The position numbers were made by a program, and so were the translations under genes. Of a stretch of DNA of 38,037 bases, positions 8,635 to 17,089 are shown piece after piece. Source of the stretch: Fibrobacteria bacterium (GTDB lineage Bacteria > Fibrobacterota > Fibrobacteria > UBA11236); contig JAYTHY010000040.1 in NCBI GenBank assembly GCA_043732185.1, positions 1 through 38,037 of the forward strand, read 5' to 3'. The first letter of the stretch is position 1, and every line of letters begins with the position of its first letter. Under the pieces are notes generated by a model. That model was not told where the DNA came from. It saw only the letters and a program-made list of their open reading frames with translations, and searched no databases.

Positions 8635-10485
8635 TCAATTTAGGCGCTTAATTTCAATACGACGATTCGCGGCGCGACCCTTGGCAGTTCGATTAGGTAC
8701 AAGAGGATGAGAATACCCGTACCCGCTGCGTTTCATGCGACGCAAATCGATACCCAGCTTATTCAGGGCATCGGCCACGGCTTCGGCTCTTGCTTCGGTA
8801 AGTTCCTTAGCCTGCCGACCCGCACGGTCATCTAAATGAGCCTGAATTTCAATTTCCGTACCTGGAAAGGCTTTTAGTCGAAATGCCAGTTGAACAAGAA
8901 TGGTATCCGCCGTTGGGAGCAGCTCGGCTGTTCCTGGCGTAAAATCAATGCCAGGTAAAACACCATCCCTAATGGGCTCGGGTCGTTCGTCCGGACAACC
9001 ATCCTCATCTTGGTAGAAATTAATGATTTCTTTTTCGTTGGGACATTTGTCCAGCATATCCTGGATTCCATCCCCATCCGTATCTTGCTCTGGACAACCA
9101 TCCGCATCCTCTATGCCATTTCTGTTTTCCGGTTGCATTGGGCATTTATCCTGAAGATCTGGAATCCCATCCTGATCATTGTCCAAATCCGGGCAGCCAT
9201 CTTCATCCTGGAAACCATCTTTGTCTTCTGGGTCATTGGGACAGGCGTCACGACCCTCGAGGATTCCATCTTGATCATTATCCACGTCCGGACATCCATC
9301 GCGATCTTCAAAGCCGTCGAAATCTTCAGCGGCATATGGACATTTGTCTAATTCATCTGGAATCCCATCCCCATCGTTGTCGCCGTCTGGACATCCATCG
9401 GTATCTTGAATGCCATCCAAGTCCTCGGGAATAGTCGGGCAATTGTCTTTGCTATCTGGTACTCCATCCCTATCCGTATCACGGCGCATCGGAAAGCCCT
9501 GCCAGGCCATGCCAAGGAAAACGGATGCTGTTGGATAAATTCTGTATTGAAGTTTACTCTCACCCGCCGGTGAGAAAATGGCGATGGTATCCAAAGAGTT
9601 CCATGCTGGCGGTGCCAACACCACGCCGCATTGCATGGAAAAACTGCGGCCTACCGCCATTCCTAGACCAAGACTTAGCGTTACAGTTTGAGCGCGGGGC
9701 TGGAAAAAATCCGTGAGTTGGGCCAAAAGCGTTTCATGTTTAAACTCCGTTTCTAATCTAAAGCCAGGCGTGGGAGAAATTTCTGCGGCAATGGAGAGTC
9801 GAAGAGTACCCATAGGATCTTGGTCTGGAGCAGCCAGCGAACGAGTGGCAAAGACATTCATATGCAAAAGGGCTTCATTACCATCGGTCAATTCCGATAG
9901 ATCCACAGTTAAGGCACTGCCTGCTCCCAACCTAGGCACATCAAGGCCCATTGGATGCGCGGTGCGGTTTGGAAAAACTCCGTCAGCGGGAATAAAGGCA
10001 ATTTCTTTGGGAAGAATGCCTCGGCTGGAAGACGTAGGCGCAGTGAGCTCAGTTAATAGCGCTAAGGAAGTAAATCGTAAATTCCATGGCAGTTTTGACT
10101 TTATCAAAACGGCAATATCGCCTGCATCCAAAATTTCCGAATGCTCAGGAAATCCCGGTGTGTACTCGTAATACATCGGAATTTCCAGGGCTAGATCAAA
10201 TCCATAGCCTAATCCCAAGCTGAGAAAATTATTTTCCAAATGGACGACGCAATCTTCCAGTTGGAAATTTTGACCAGGCGATACCGATTTTCCGCCATTT
10301 ACCAGCGAGAGGTCCATTAAGGCACGATCGAAGCCACCTAAAATCAAGGCACCGGTTTTGAGAGGTTTAGCAGAATGGGTTCCCAGGACGCCCAAAAAAC
10401 CATTTTCATTTGGAAGTAAATCAGACGGTCCAGGTGCAGAGGGCAAGGCGAGGCCAAGCGCGAGAATTGAAAGTAGACCGAGCAT
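8635..10485 (-). CDS. OmpA-family outer-membrane protein with thrombospondin type-3-like repeats
   Basis: Signal MLGLLSILALGLALP; barrel-like region; five acidic repeats; OmpA C-terminal domain NRTAKGRAANRRIEI; ATG 10485 chosen because the 10551 start would overlap birA. Confidence 0.88.
   Translation of the reverse strand: MLGLLSILALGLALPSAPGPSDLLPNENGFLGVLGTHSAKPLKTGALILGGFDRALMDLSLVNGGKSVSPGQNFQLEDCVVHLENNFLSLGLGYGFDLALEIPMYYEYTPGFPEHSEILDAGDIAVLIKSKLPWNLRFTSLALLTELTAPTSSSRGILPKEIAFIPADGVFPNRTAHPMGLDVPRLGAGSALTVDLSELTDGNEALLHMNVFATRSLAAPDQDPMGTLRLSIAAEISPTPGFRLETEFKHETLLAQLTDFFQPRAQTVTLSLGLGMAVGRSFSMQCGVVLAPPAWNSLDTIAIFSPAGESKLQYRIYPTASVFLGMAWQGFPMRRDTDRDGVPDSKDNCPTIPEDLDGIQDTDGCPDGDNDGDGIPDELDKCPYAAEDFDGFEDRDGCPDVDNDQDGILEGRDACPNDPEDKDGFQDEDGCPDLDNDQDGIPDLQDKCPMQPENRNGIEDADGCPEQDTDGDGIQDMLDKCPNEKEIINFYQDEDGCPDERPEPIRDGVLPGIDFTPGTAELLPTADTILVQLAFRLKAFPGTEIEIQAHLDDRAGRQAKELTEARAEAVADALNKLGIDLRRMKRSGYGYSHPLVPNRTAKGRAANRRIEIKRLN
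8986..9480 (-). repeat. Five tandem 99-bp (33 aa) TSP3-like calcium-binding repeats
   Basis: D[TN]DxDG[VI]x[DE]xxDxCP...DxDGCP[DE] repeated five times in exact 33-aa register. Confidence 0.92.
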
Positions 10486-10549
10486 GGAGTTGATTATAGG
10501 CTTTTGAGACGAGGAGGGCAAGTCGTCCCACCTAACTACATTTAATGGC

Positions 10550-11296
10550 ATGAATACTACGGAAATTCAACTGGAGTCCATCGCATCCACCATGGAGGAA
10601 GCCAAAAACATTGCCGGTTCACAAGACTTCTTGTTGGTTACCGCAATTGAGCAAACCCACGGGAAAGGCACTAGAGGCCGGTTTTGGACCAGTTGTAAGG
10701 GAAACATCCACATGACGGTCGGCATTCATAAACGGTACCTACCGGCTCAAAGGCTTGCACTGTTGCCGTTGGAAATCGGACTGCATGTTTGGGAAGAAAC
10801 GGCCTATCATGTTCCGTCCCATAATCGCCCAAACCTAACTCTTAAATGGCCAAATGATTTGTTTTATAAAACCAACAAAGTGGCCGGCATTTTGATTGAG
10901 TCCCACAAAGATTTTTTTATGGTGGGAATTGGGATCAACATTGTCGCCAGTCCAACTATTAATGATGGTGGAGCATCCAGTGCGTGCTTGGTGGATGCAG
11001 GAATGTCTCCGGAAGCAGCGGGGCCCTGCATAGAAGGAATCTATCGACGCATCATGGCGGTTTTGCAAATACCCGGTACTCAACTCACCGAAACCAATTT
11101 TATCGATTCAGCCTATTCATCGGAAACTATTTTATTGGATTGGCAGGCCAAAGTGGATTGGAACCGCTGGCACCGCATGCGGGACAGGGCCGGTCAACCT
11201 TTAGTGAAACCGGTTTCGGTAAACCAACAAGGTCATTTACAGGTGTCGCACACGGACGGCAGTCGAGAATGGCTGGTCGCGGAGTATCTCGTCTAA
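10550..11296 (+). CDS. birA: Biotin--protein ligase, monofunctional (no HTH)
   Basis: QTHGKGTRGRFW, LKWPNDL, KVAGILIE, VGIGINI motifs. Confidence 0.93.
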   Translation: MNTTEIQLESIASTMEEAKNIAGSQDFLLVTAIEQTHGKGTRGRFWTSCKGNIHMTVGIHKRYLPAQRLALLPLEIGLHVWEETAYHVPSHNRPNLTLKWPNDLFYKTNKVAGILIESHKDFFMVGIGINIVASPTINDGGASSACLVDAGMSPEAAGPCIEGIYRRIMAVLQIPGTQLTETNFIDSAYSSETILLDWQAKVDWNRWHRMRDRAGQPLVKPVSVNQQGHLQVSHTDGSREWLVAEYLV

Positions 11297-11309
11297 ATGG
11301 CTGTCCGCT

Positions 11310-11726
11310 TCAATCGTCCAGGTGAGTGGACGAGGTAACTGCAATATTCGGATCCAATGACGCGGAAACGGAACAGTACTTTTCCAAGCTCATGGCCACA
11401 GCCTTTTCGGCTTTTGACCTATCGATTCCAGAACCATGGATGTTAAACTTTAAATGGATTTTGACAAATGGCGCAGGGATTGCGCCATCCACCCTTTCGC
11501 CCTCCACTTCAATATCCACAGAGGTAAACGGGACGCGTGACTTCTTGAGTATGTTCACCACATCAATTCCGGAACAACCGGCAAGCGCTGCCAGTACGAC
11601 TTCCATTGGCCGAAATCCACTTTCGTCCCCGCCGATGGATTTTGAGGCACCCATGTCAAACGTGTAACCATTGCCAGCTTTGGCTCGGAATTTAAAATCA
11701 GGTGTACCGGAAATCAGAATTTTCAT
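11310..11726 (-). CDS. OsmC/YhfA-family protein
   Basis: GFRPMEVVLAALAGCSGIDVVNILKK and SLEKYCSVSASL two-cysteine motifs; TAATG coupling with rho. Confidence 0.9.
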   Translation of the reverse strand: MKILISGTPDFKFRAKAGNGYTFDMGASKSIGGDESGFRPMEVVLAALAGCSGIDVVNILKKSRVPFTSVDIEVEGERVDGAIPAPFVKIHLKFNIHGSGIDRSKAEKAVAMSLEKYCSVSASLDPNIAVTSSTHLDD

Positions 11727-13207
11727 TATGCGAACGCCTGCACGAAATCTTGGGTGGTTCGGTATTTTTCCAAAGCTTGAATGGCAGCTGGCATCTGATT
11801 GGCCTCAGTCATATTGGATAGGTAACGGCGGAATTTGGTAGCGGCTTTGAAATATTCGGCCGGTAAAATCAGCTCTTCCCGACGCGTGCCGGACATGGCA
11901 ATATCGATTGCCGGATAAATGCGTTTTTCGGCAAGCCGTCTATTGAGGACAAGCTCCATGTTACCCGTTCCCTTGAATTCTTGAAAAATGACTTCATCCA
12001 TTTGGGATCCGGTTTGCACCAAGGTGGTGGCGATAATGGTAAGACTACCACCCTCCTCCAGCTTGCGTGCCGCTCCAAAAAACTTTTTCGGCTCTTGAAG
12101 CGCTTTAGCATCCACACCACCGGAAAGCGTGCGTCCGGAGGATTTCAACTGATTGTTATAGGCCCGCGACATGCGGGTAATCGAGTCGAGTAGAATGACC
12201 ACATCCCGTCCAGCTTCCACCTTGCGTTGGGCAATATCAATTACCATTTCGGTTAAGGCGATATGCTCCTCAATGGGCTTGTCGAGACACGATGCGTAAA
12301 CTTTGCCTTTAACCCGGCGAATGAGATGCGTCACCTCTTCAGGACGTTCGTCGATTAGCAGTACAATGATGTCTACTTCTGGATGATTGTGCGCAATCCC
12401 GTTAGCAATTTTTTCCATCAATATGGTTTTACCGGTGCGCGGTGGCGCTACGATAAGGCCGCGCTGGCCCTTGCCTATTGGCGTCAGCAGTTCCAACAAG
12501 ACCATGCTTTTATCCGCATCGCCGGGAGAGGAAAGGCGGTAAAACTCAAAGGGATTGACACTGGTCAGCGTATGGAACATGGGTGCTGGGCGCCAGTTAT
12601 CCAAGGATTGATCTTGAATCTCCAGAAGCGTGGTGACAATTTTCTGGCGACGATTTTTCTTCATCCGCACTAAACCATGAATTTTATGCCCAGAACGTAG
12701 ACCAAAGCGCTGAACCATTTCCCTGGGCAGCAAAATGTCGCCTTCCTGGGAAATAAAACTGGCCCGCTCGGAACGCATTAGAGCATAGCCAGCGCCTTCA
12801 ACCATTTGAATATAGCCGGAGTATTCCTCGATTTCCGAACGTGGATCGAAGTCGCTGGAATAATCGAAGCCCGAATCATCTTTGTCACCGCGGCGTTTCT
12901 TCTTGTCTTTATGGTTACGGCCAGTGATTTTGCTCACTTTGGCGCGTTTGCGGCGGCGGCGGAGGCTGTCGTTGCTCTCGTGGGAGACTTGGTTCAGATT
13001 CCTAGATTTGTTATTTGGATCGAATGCTTGATCGGAATGGTTGCCGCTGTTCGCCTCGGCAACATCATCATCCTCCTGATCCATGTCCTCATCGTCATCG
13101 TCATCATCCATGTCCTCATCGTCCATCCCATTTTCCATGTCGGGATCAAGGGCTTCTTCGTCCTGATTATTGTCGGTCAACATTTCGGAAGGATTCCTAT
13201 CCTGCAT
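11726..13207 (-). CDS. rho: Transcription termination factor Rho with low-complexity N-terminal extension
   Basis: [66 protein letters not shown]. Confidence 0.96.
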   Translation of the reverse strand: MQDRNPSEMLTDNNQDEEALDPDMENGMDDEDMDDDDDDEDMDQEDDDVAEANSGNHSDQAFDPNNKSRNLNQVSHESNDSLRRRRKRAKVSKITGRNHKDKKKRRGDKDDSGFDYSSDFDPRSEIEEYSGYIQMVEGAGYALMRSERASFISQEGDILLPREMVQRFGLRSGHKIHGLVRMKKNRRQKIVTTLLEIQDQSLDNWRPAPMFHTLTSVNPFEFYRLSSPGDADKSMVLLELLTPIGKGQRGLIVAPPRTGKTILMEKIANGIAHNHPEVDIIVLLIDERPEEVTHLIRRVKGKVYASCLDKPIEEHIALTEMVIDIAQRKVEAGRDVVILLDSITRMSRAYNNQLKSSGRTLSGGVDAKALQEPKKFFGAARKLEEGGSLTIIATTLVQTGSQMDEVIFQEFKGTGNMELVLNRRLAEKRIYPAIDIAMSGTRREELILPAEYFKAATKFRRYLSNMTEANQMPAAIQALEKYRTTQDFVQAFA

Positions 13208-13379
13208 TCAAGATCCCTGGGTTGGTTGTCGTTAATCGCATTCATAATAAAATGGGATCCAAAGGCAATATTTCTATGAAAATTGGCACAGTCAAAGTGG
13301 CTAAGCCTGACTCTGCTTCCCACTTGCCAGCCCACACTGCGAAGGGGAAATAAAATTGAATCGGTAAGCTTCAGTGGCA

Positions 13380-13409
13380 AGTATAGCCATTACCAATAAC
13401 ACGAAGCAA
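13380..13409 (-). promoter_or_regulatory. Possible sigma70 promoter for rho
   Basis: Minus strand TTGCTT-N18-TATACT about 170 bp upstream of rho. Confidence 0.35.
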
Positions 13410-13520
13410 CGAAAAGCGTTTAATTTCGGGTTATTGAGCAAGAACACTGGTAACTTGCTGCCCTTAAGATACATAAAATCGAGGGATATTCAATGTTTTG
13501 CAGTCGAAAAAACCTCAATA

Positions 13521-13847
13521 TTAGCGTGGATTATAGTTGTTCATGGTGACCATAATCAGGGCTAGGCAGGCCATAACCACACTGCCTGTAATGATTTGCT
13601 GCCGGTGCTGGTAGCCGTGTTTAACTATGGTTAGGGAATCGGTTCTGGCTTTTGGCGGTACTTGGGTCGACTTGCCTGAATCAAGAGCGTTTGATTCGGC
13701 CATTTTCCCTGATTTTATTGGGGCATCCACATTAACCGGGGCGTTTAAGACCGGTGCCTTATTTGAATTCAACCCGTCACTAAATCCGGGAACGTGTAAT
13801 ACGAGTAGAGCCGGGAAAATTAGAAGCTTCGACCAAATGGCCCTCAT
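13521..13847 (-). CDS. Small hypothetical membrane protein (N-terminal signal, C-terminal TM helix)
   Basis: Hydrophobic N-terminus; C-terminal IITGSVVMACLALIMVTM; begins 3 bp after the gatB stop. Confidence 0.7.
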   Translation of the reverse strand: MRAIWSKLLIFPALLVLHVPGFSDGLNSNKAPVLNAPVNVDAPIKSGKMAESNALDSGKSTQVPPKARTDSLTIVKHGYQHRQQIITGSVVMACLALIMVTMNNYNPR

Positions 13848-13850
13848 GTG

Positions 13851-15302
13851 CTAGCCATCCAATAGTTTTTTCAAAATCCCATTCACCTGATCGGGACTGG
13901 CCTTGCCCTGACTGAGCTTCATCGCTTGGCCGACAAAAAATCCCATCAGCTTGACCTTGCCAGCTTTATACGAAGCTACGGAATCGGGATTCTTTTCAAG
14001 TACCTCGCGAACCATTTTTTCAATTGCGCCGGAATCGCTAATGACGACCAGGTTTTTTTCTTTGACGTAAAGACCAGGAGCTGTTCCATGGGCAAGCATT
14101 TCTTCAAAAACCGTTTTGGCGATTTTCCCTGAAATGGTTCCGTCTTGAATCAAATTGATGAGCTCTCCCAAATGCTCGGCAGTGAACTTTAGAGCCTGCA
14201 CCTTGATATTCTCTTCTTTCACGACGCGCAGCACATCTCCCATCACCCAGTTGGATGCGGCTTTTTTATCGCTGGTAATCGCGCAAACACGCTCATAAAA
14301 TTCTGACACTGATTTTTCTTGGGTCAATACCGCGGCATCGTAGGCCGGAATCCCGTACACTTCAGCATACCGACGCCGACGGGCTTCGGGAAGTTCGGGA
14401 AGATGTTTTTGGATTTCGGCGATGGTTTCCTTGGAGGTATGGATGCGTACCAAGTCCGGTTCCGGAAAATAGCGATAGTCATGCGCTTCTTCTTTAGTGC
14501 GCGTGGCCACTGTCACGCCCCGGGCAACATCCCAGCGTTTGGTCTGCTGCGGAATGGTCTCTCCCCTATCCAGCATCAAGGTCTGTAGTTCGATCTCCGC
14601 TTCCAGGGCCTTTTCAATATTGTGAAAGGAATTCATGTTCTTGAGCTCAACGCGGTTGCCTAAAGGCGCAAACTCATCTTTGCGCAAAGAGACATTGGCA
14701 TCGCAACGCAAATTTCCCCGTTCCATATTGGCATCGCAGATTTCCAGATACTCCAGGATTTGCTTCAATTTTTCCAAGTACAGATACGCTTCCCGCGGAG
14801 AGCGCAAATCCGGCAACGTCACGATTTCAATGAGAGGGGTGCCGCATCGGTTGGCATCGAATAAGGAGTCGGCCACGGTTAGATCATGAATCAGCTTTCC
14901 AGCGTCTTCTTCCATATGGATCCGCTTGAGCCCGATGTATTTACGAGACCCATCGTCCATGTCCACTTCCAGCGATCCTTCCGTGCAAATTGGCCGGTCG
15001 TACATGGCCACTTCGCCTTGCTGGGTAATCTGATACCCTTTGGGAAGATCCGGATAGAAATAATTTTTGCGGGTCCACATGGCTTCGGGATCGATGCGAC
15101 AGCCACAGGCCAAGCCCATTTTGATCGCGTATTCCACAGCTTTAATATTGGGAACCGGCAACGTGCCGGGCATTCCCAAGCACACAGGGCAAACCAAGGT
15201 ATTCGGTTCCGCCCCGAATTCCACCCGACAACCACAGAACATTTTGGTGCGCGTGGACAGCTGCGCATGCACTTCTAATCCAATGACGATACTATAAGCC
15301 AT
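13851..15302 (-). CDS. gatB: Asp-tRNA(Asn)/Glu-tRNA(Gln) amidotransferase subunit B
   Basis: IGLEVHAQL, KNYFYPDLPKGYQITQ, HMEEDAGK, RCDANVS, DYRYFPEPDL. Confidence 0.98.
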   Translation of the reverse strand: MAYSIVIGLEVHAQLSTRTKMFCGCRVEFGAEPNTLVCPVCLGMPGTLPVPNIKAVEYAIKMGLACGCRIDPEAMWTRKNYFYPDLPKGYQITQQGEVAMYDRPICTEGSLEVDMDDGSRKYIGLKRIHMEEDAGKLIHDLTVADSLFDANRCGTPLIEIVTLPDLRSPREAYLYLEKLKQILEYLEICDANMERGNLRCDANVSLRKDEFAPLGNRVELKNMNSFHNIEKALEAEIELQTLMLDRGETIPQQTKRWDVARGVTVATRTKEEAHDYRYFPEPDLVRIHTSKETIAEIQKHLPELPEARRRRYAEVYGIPAYDAAVLTQEKSVSEFYERVCAITSDKKAASNWVMGDVLRVVKEENIKVQALKFTAEHLGELINLIQDGTISGKIAKTVFEEMLAHGTAPGLYVKEKNLVVISDSGAIEKMVREVLEKNPDSVASYKAGKVKLMGFFVGQAMKLSQGKASPDQVNGILKKLLDG

Positions 15303-15436
15303 TGGTAAAATCTAAGAAAGAAGCAGGGGTATGTCAGGGTTCAATGGCTCAGGTTTAACCAGCAAGATGAAATTCCGCCTAGCCTTTTGCATCTTTCCAT
15401 TCGCCTAACCCCAATTATTCTGACGTAAGGATTGAG

Positions 15437-16141
15437 ATGCCTCTGCCCGCTGGACTTGCTTCCTATGAATTGCTGCGTAACCTGGTGCCTTCCCAGGATG
15501 TAGACAGGTATTATCACCTCCGCATACGCAAAGAAGCGGATGGTCTGCCCATGTTGGCTCCGGATGGCCAAACACCGTTTACGCCAATAGACATTGCCTC
15601 TTTTTTCGGCACTCCCGGACCCATTGAAATTGAAATCGGTTGCGGGAAAGGGGGCTTTTTGGTCGAGTACTGCGAAAAGCATCCTGAGGTCCCTTTTCTA
15701 GGGTTGGAATGGGAACCAGAAATTGCCCATTGGACAGCGCAAAGGTTGGCCAAGCGGCCGCAATTGGCGCATACTCGAGTCTTGTTGGGGGACGCTTTTT
15801 ATTTTTTCCGAGATTATCTTCCCGATGCCTGCGTGGGAAATTTTCATATGTACTTTCCCGATCCTTGGCCCAAAAAGAAGCATCACAAGAATCGCTTGAT
15901 GGCATTGCCTTTTATGGAATTGGTACAGCGCAAGGCCCTACCAGATGCCCGTTTCTACTGGGGCACGGACCATCAAGAATACAACGCCGAAGCCCGGTCC
16001 CTCTTCTCTTCCCTACCTTGGTTGGTTCTTGAAAAGGACGATGCGGAGCCGACGGAAGGGATTATGACAAACTTTGAAAAGAAATATCGGAAGCAAGGAA
16101 AGCCTATTTATCGCTGTGTCTTGCGTATCAAAAAGGATTAA
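15437..16141 (+). CDS. trmB: tRNA (guanine-N7)-methyltransferase
   Basis: EIEIGCGKGGF, FPDPWPKKKHHKNR, TDH, TNFEKKY. Confidence 0.94.
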   Translation: MPLPAGLASYELLRNLVPSQDVDRYYHLRIRKEADGLPMLAPDGQTPFTPIDIASFFGTPGPIEIEIGCGKGGFLVEYCEKHPEVPFLGLEWEPEIAHWTAQRLAKRPQLAHTRVLLGDAFYFFRDYLPDACVGNFHMYFPDPWPKKKHHKNRLMALPFMELVQRKALPDARFYWGTDHQEYNAEARSLFSSLPWLVLEKDDAEPTEGIMTNFEKKYRKQGKPIYRCVLRIKKD

Positions 16142-16178
16142 AAGTGTCTCGGATTCGAAATGATTTTGGTTTTCGGAG

Positions 16179-17069
16179 TTAGTAGCCGTTTCGCCGTATG
16201 CGACGTAAAGATTTGGGCAACCCGTCGCGGTGCCAATTGCGCCACACTTCAAAATGTGCATAGGCGCGTTCCCGCTTTTTAAATTCCGGTCCATGCACAA
16301 CACGCCGCCCGTTACGCGTTACGGGAGGAATTGCCGCATGCAGGCATTCGTGATACATGACTCCGTCCAGAATAGCCTCAGTAACATCGGCGCTATCATA
16401 TCCCCGACTGATGGTAATGAGATGATAGCTTTGGCCGTCCGCATCCTGAGCAAGCGTATGGGTGGAAAGCCCGCCAAGGCGCGCGGACCAAGTTGGACGG
16501 GCTTGCAGGGCATTTTCAAAATAGGCGGTATTGACACGTTGGAAGGAAGCGGACAAATCGTGATGGCGGCCTTTAGGTGTTAACCGTGAGAGCTTGCGTT
16601 GGTTTCTCGCTAATTTTCTTGCATGCAGTTTCGGACCGATGGCTTCCGTGGGCGTAACCAGGTATGCGCGAATATCCGTTTCCAGTCGACGGCGTTCGGC
16701 CTTTAATTCTGGTTTTTTTTTGGAATCGCGCCGCGAAACCAGTACCGCCCATTGCAACAGGGATTGTTTGACTGGTAGGGGCGCATTGGAGAACATCTCT
16801 GGAATTTCCAACCGCAGAGCTTCTTTGCGTGGCGTCCAGGCTGCGCGCCAGCTGTCCCACAACTTTGGTTTCAAACAGACTTCAATGTGGGCAAAAGGAC
16901 CCGTGCACAGAATTTGAAAATCGTTCGCTTTGTATTCTGCTGGCTTGGTCGGCTTGGACGGCGTGGGCGTGGAGTATTCGAGCGTTGATTCAGTTGTCTC
17001 TTCGTTGTCAAAGAGGGACAACTGGCGAATAAGGGAGGCCAATTTGGGTAAGACTGTATTCCGAAACAT
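16179..17069 (-). CDS. SprT-like/M48-related zinc metalloprotease
   Basis: F..VN..YF segment, YHECLH zinc motif and downstream HGPEFK third ligand; N-terminal QLSLF. Confidence 0.75.
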   Translation of the reverse strand: MFRNTVLPKLASLIRQLSLFDNEETTESTLEYSTPTPSKPTKPAEYKANDFQILCTGPFAHIEVCLKPKLWDSWRAAWTPRKEALRLEIPEMFSNAPLPVKQSLLQWAVLVSRRDSKKKPELKAERRRLETDIRAYLVTPTEAIGPKLHARKLARNQRKLSRLTPKGRHHDLSASFQRVNTAYFENALQARPTWSARLGGLSTHTLAQDADGQSYHLITISRGYDSADVTEAILDGVMYHECLHAAIPPVTRNGRRVVHGPEFKKRERAYAHFEVWRNWHRDGLPKSLRRIRRNGY

Positions 17070-17089
17070 AAGGAACCGCCCGTTTGGTT

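Noticed and set aside
10486..10551. Head-to-head overlap of the ompA-like gene and birA
   Set aside because: Artefact of longest-ORF calling; the signal peptide indicates a start at 10485
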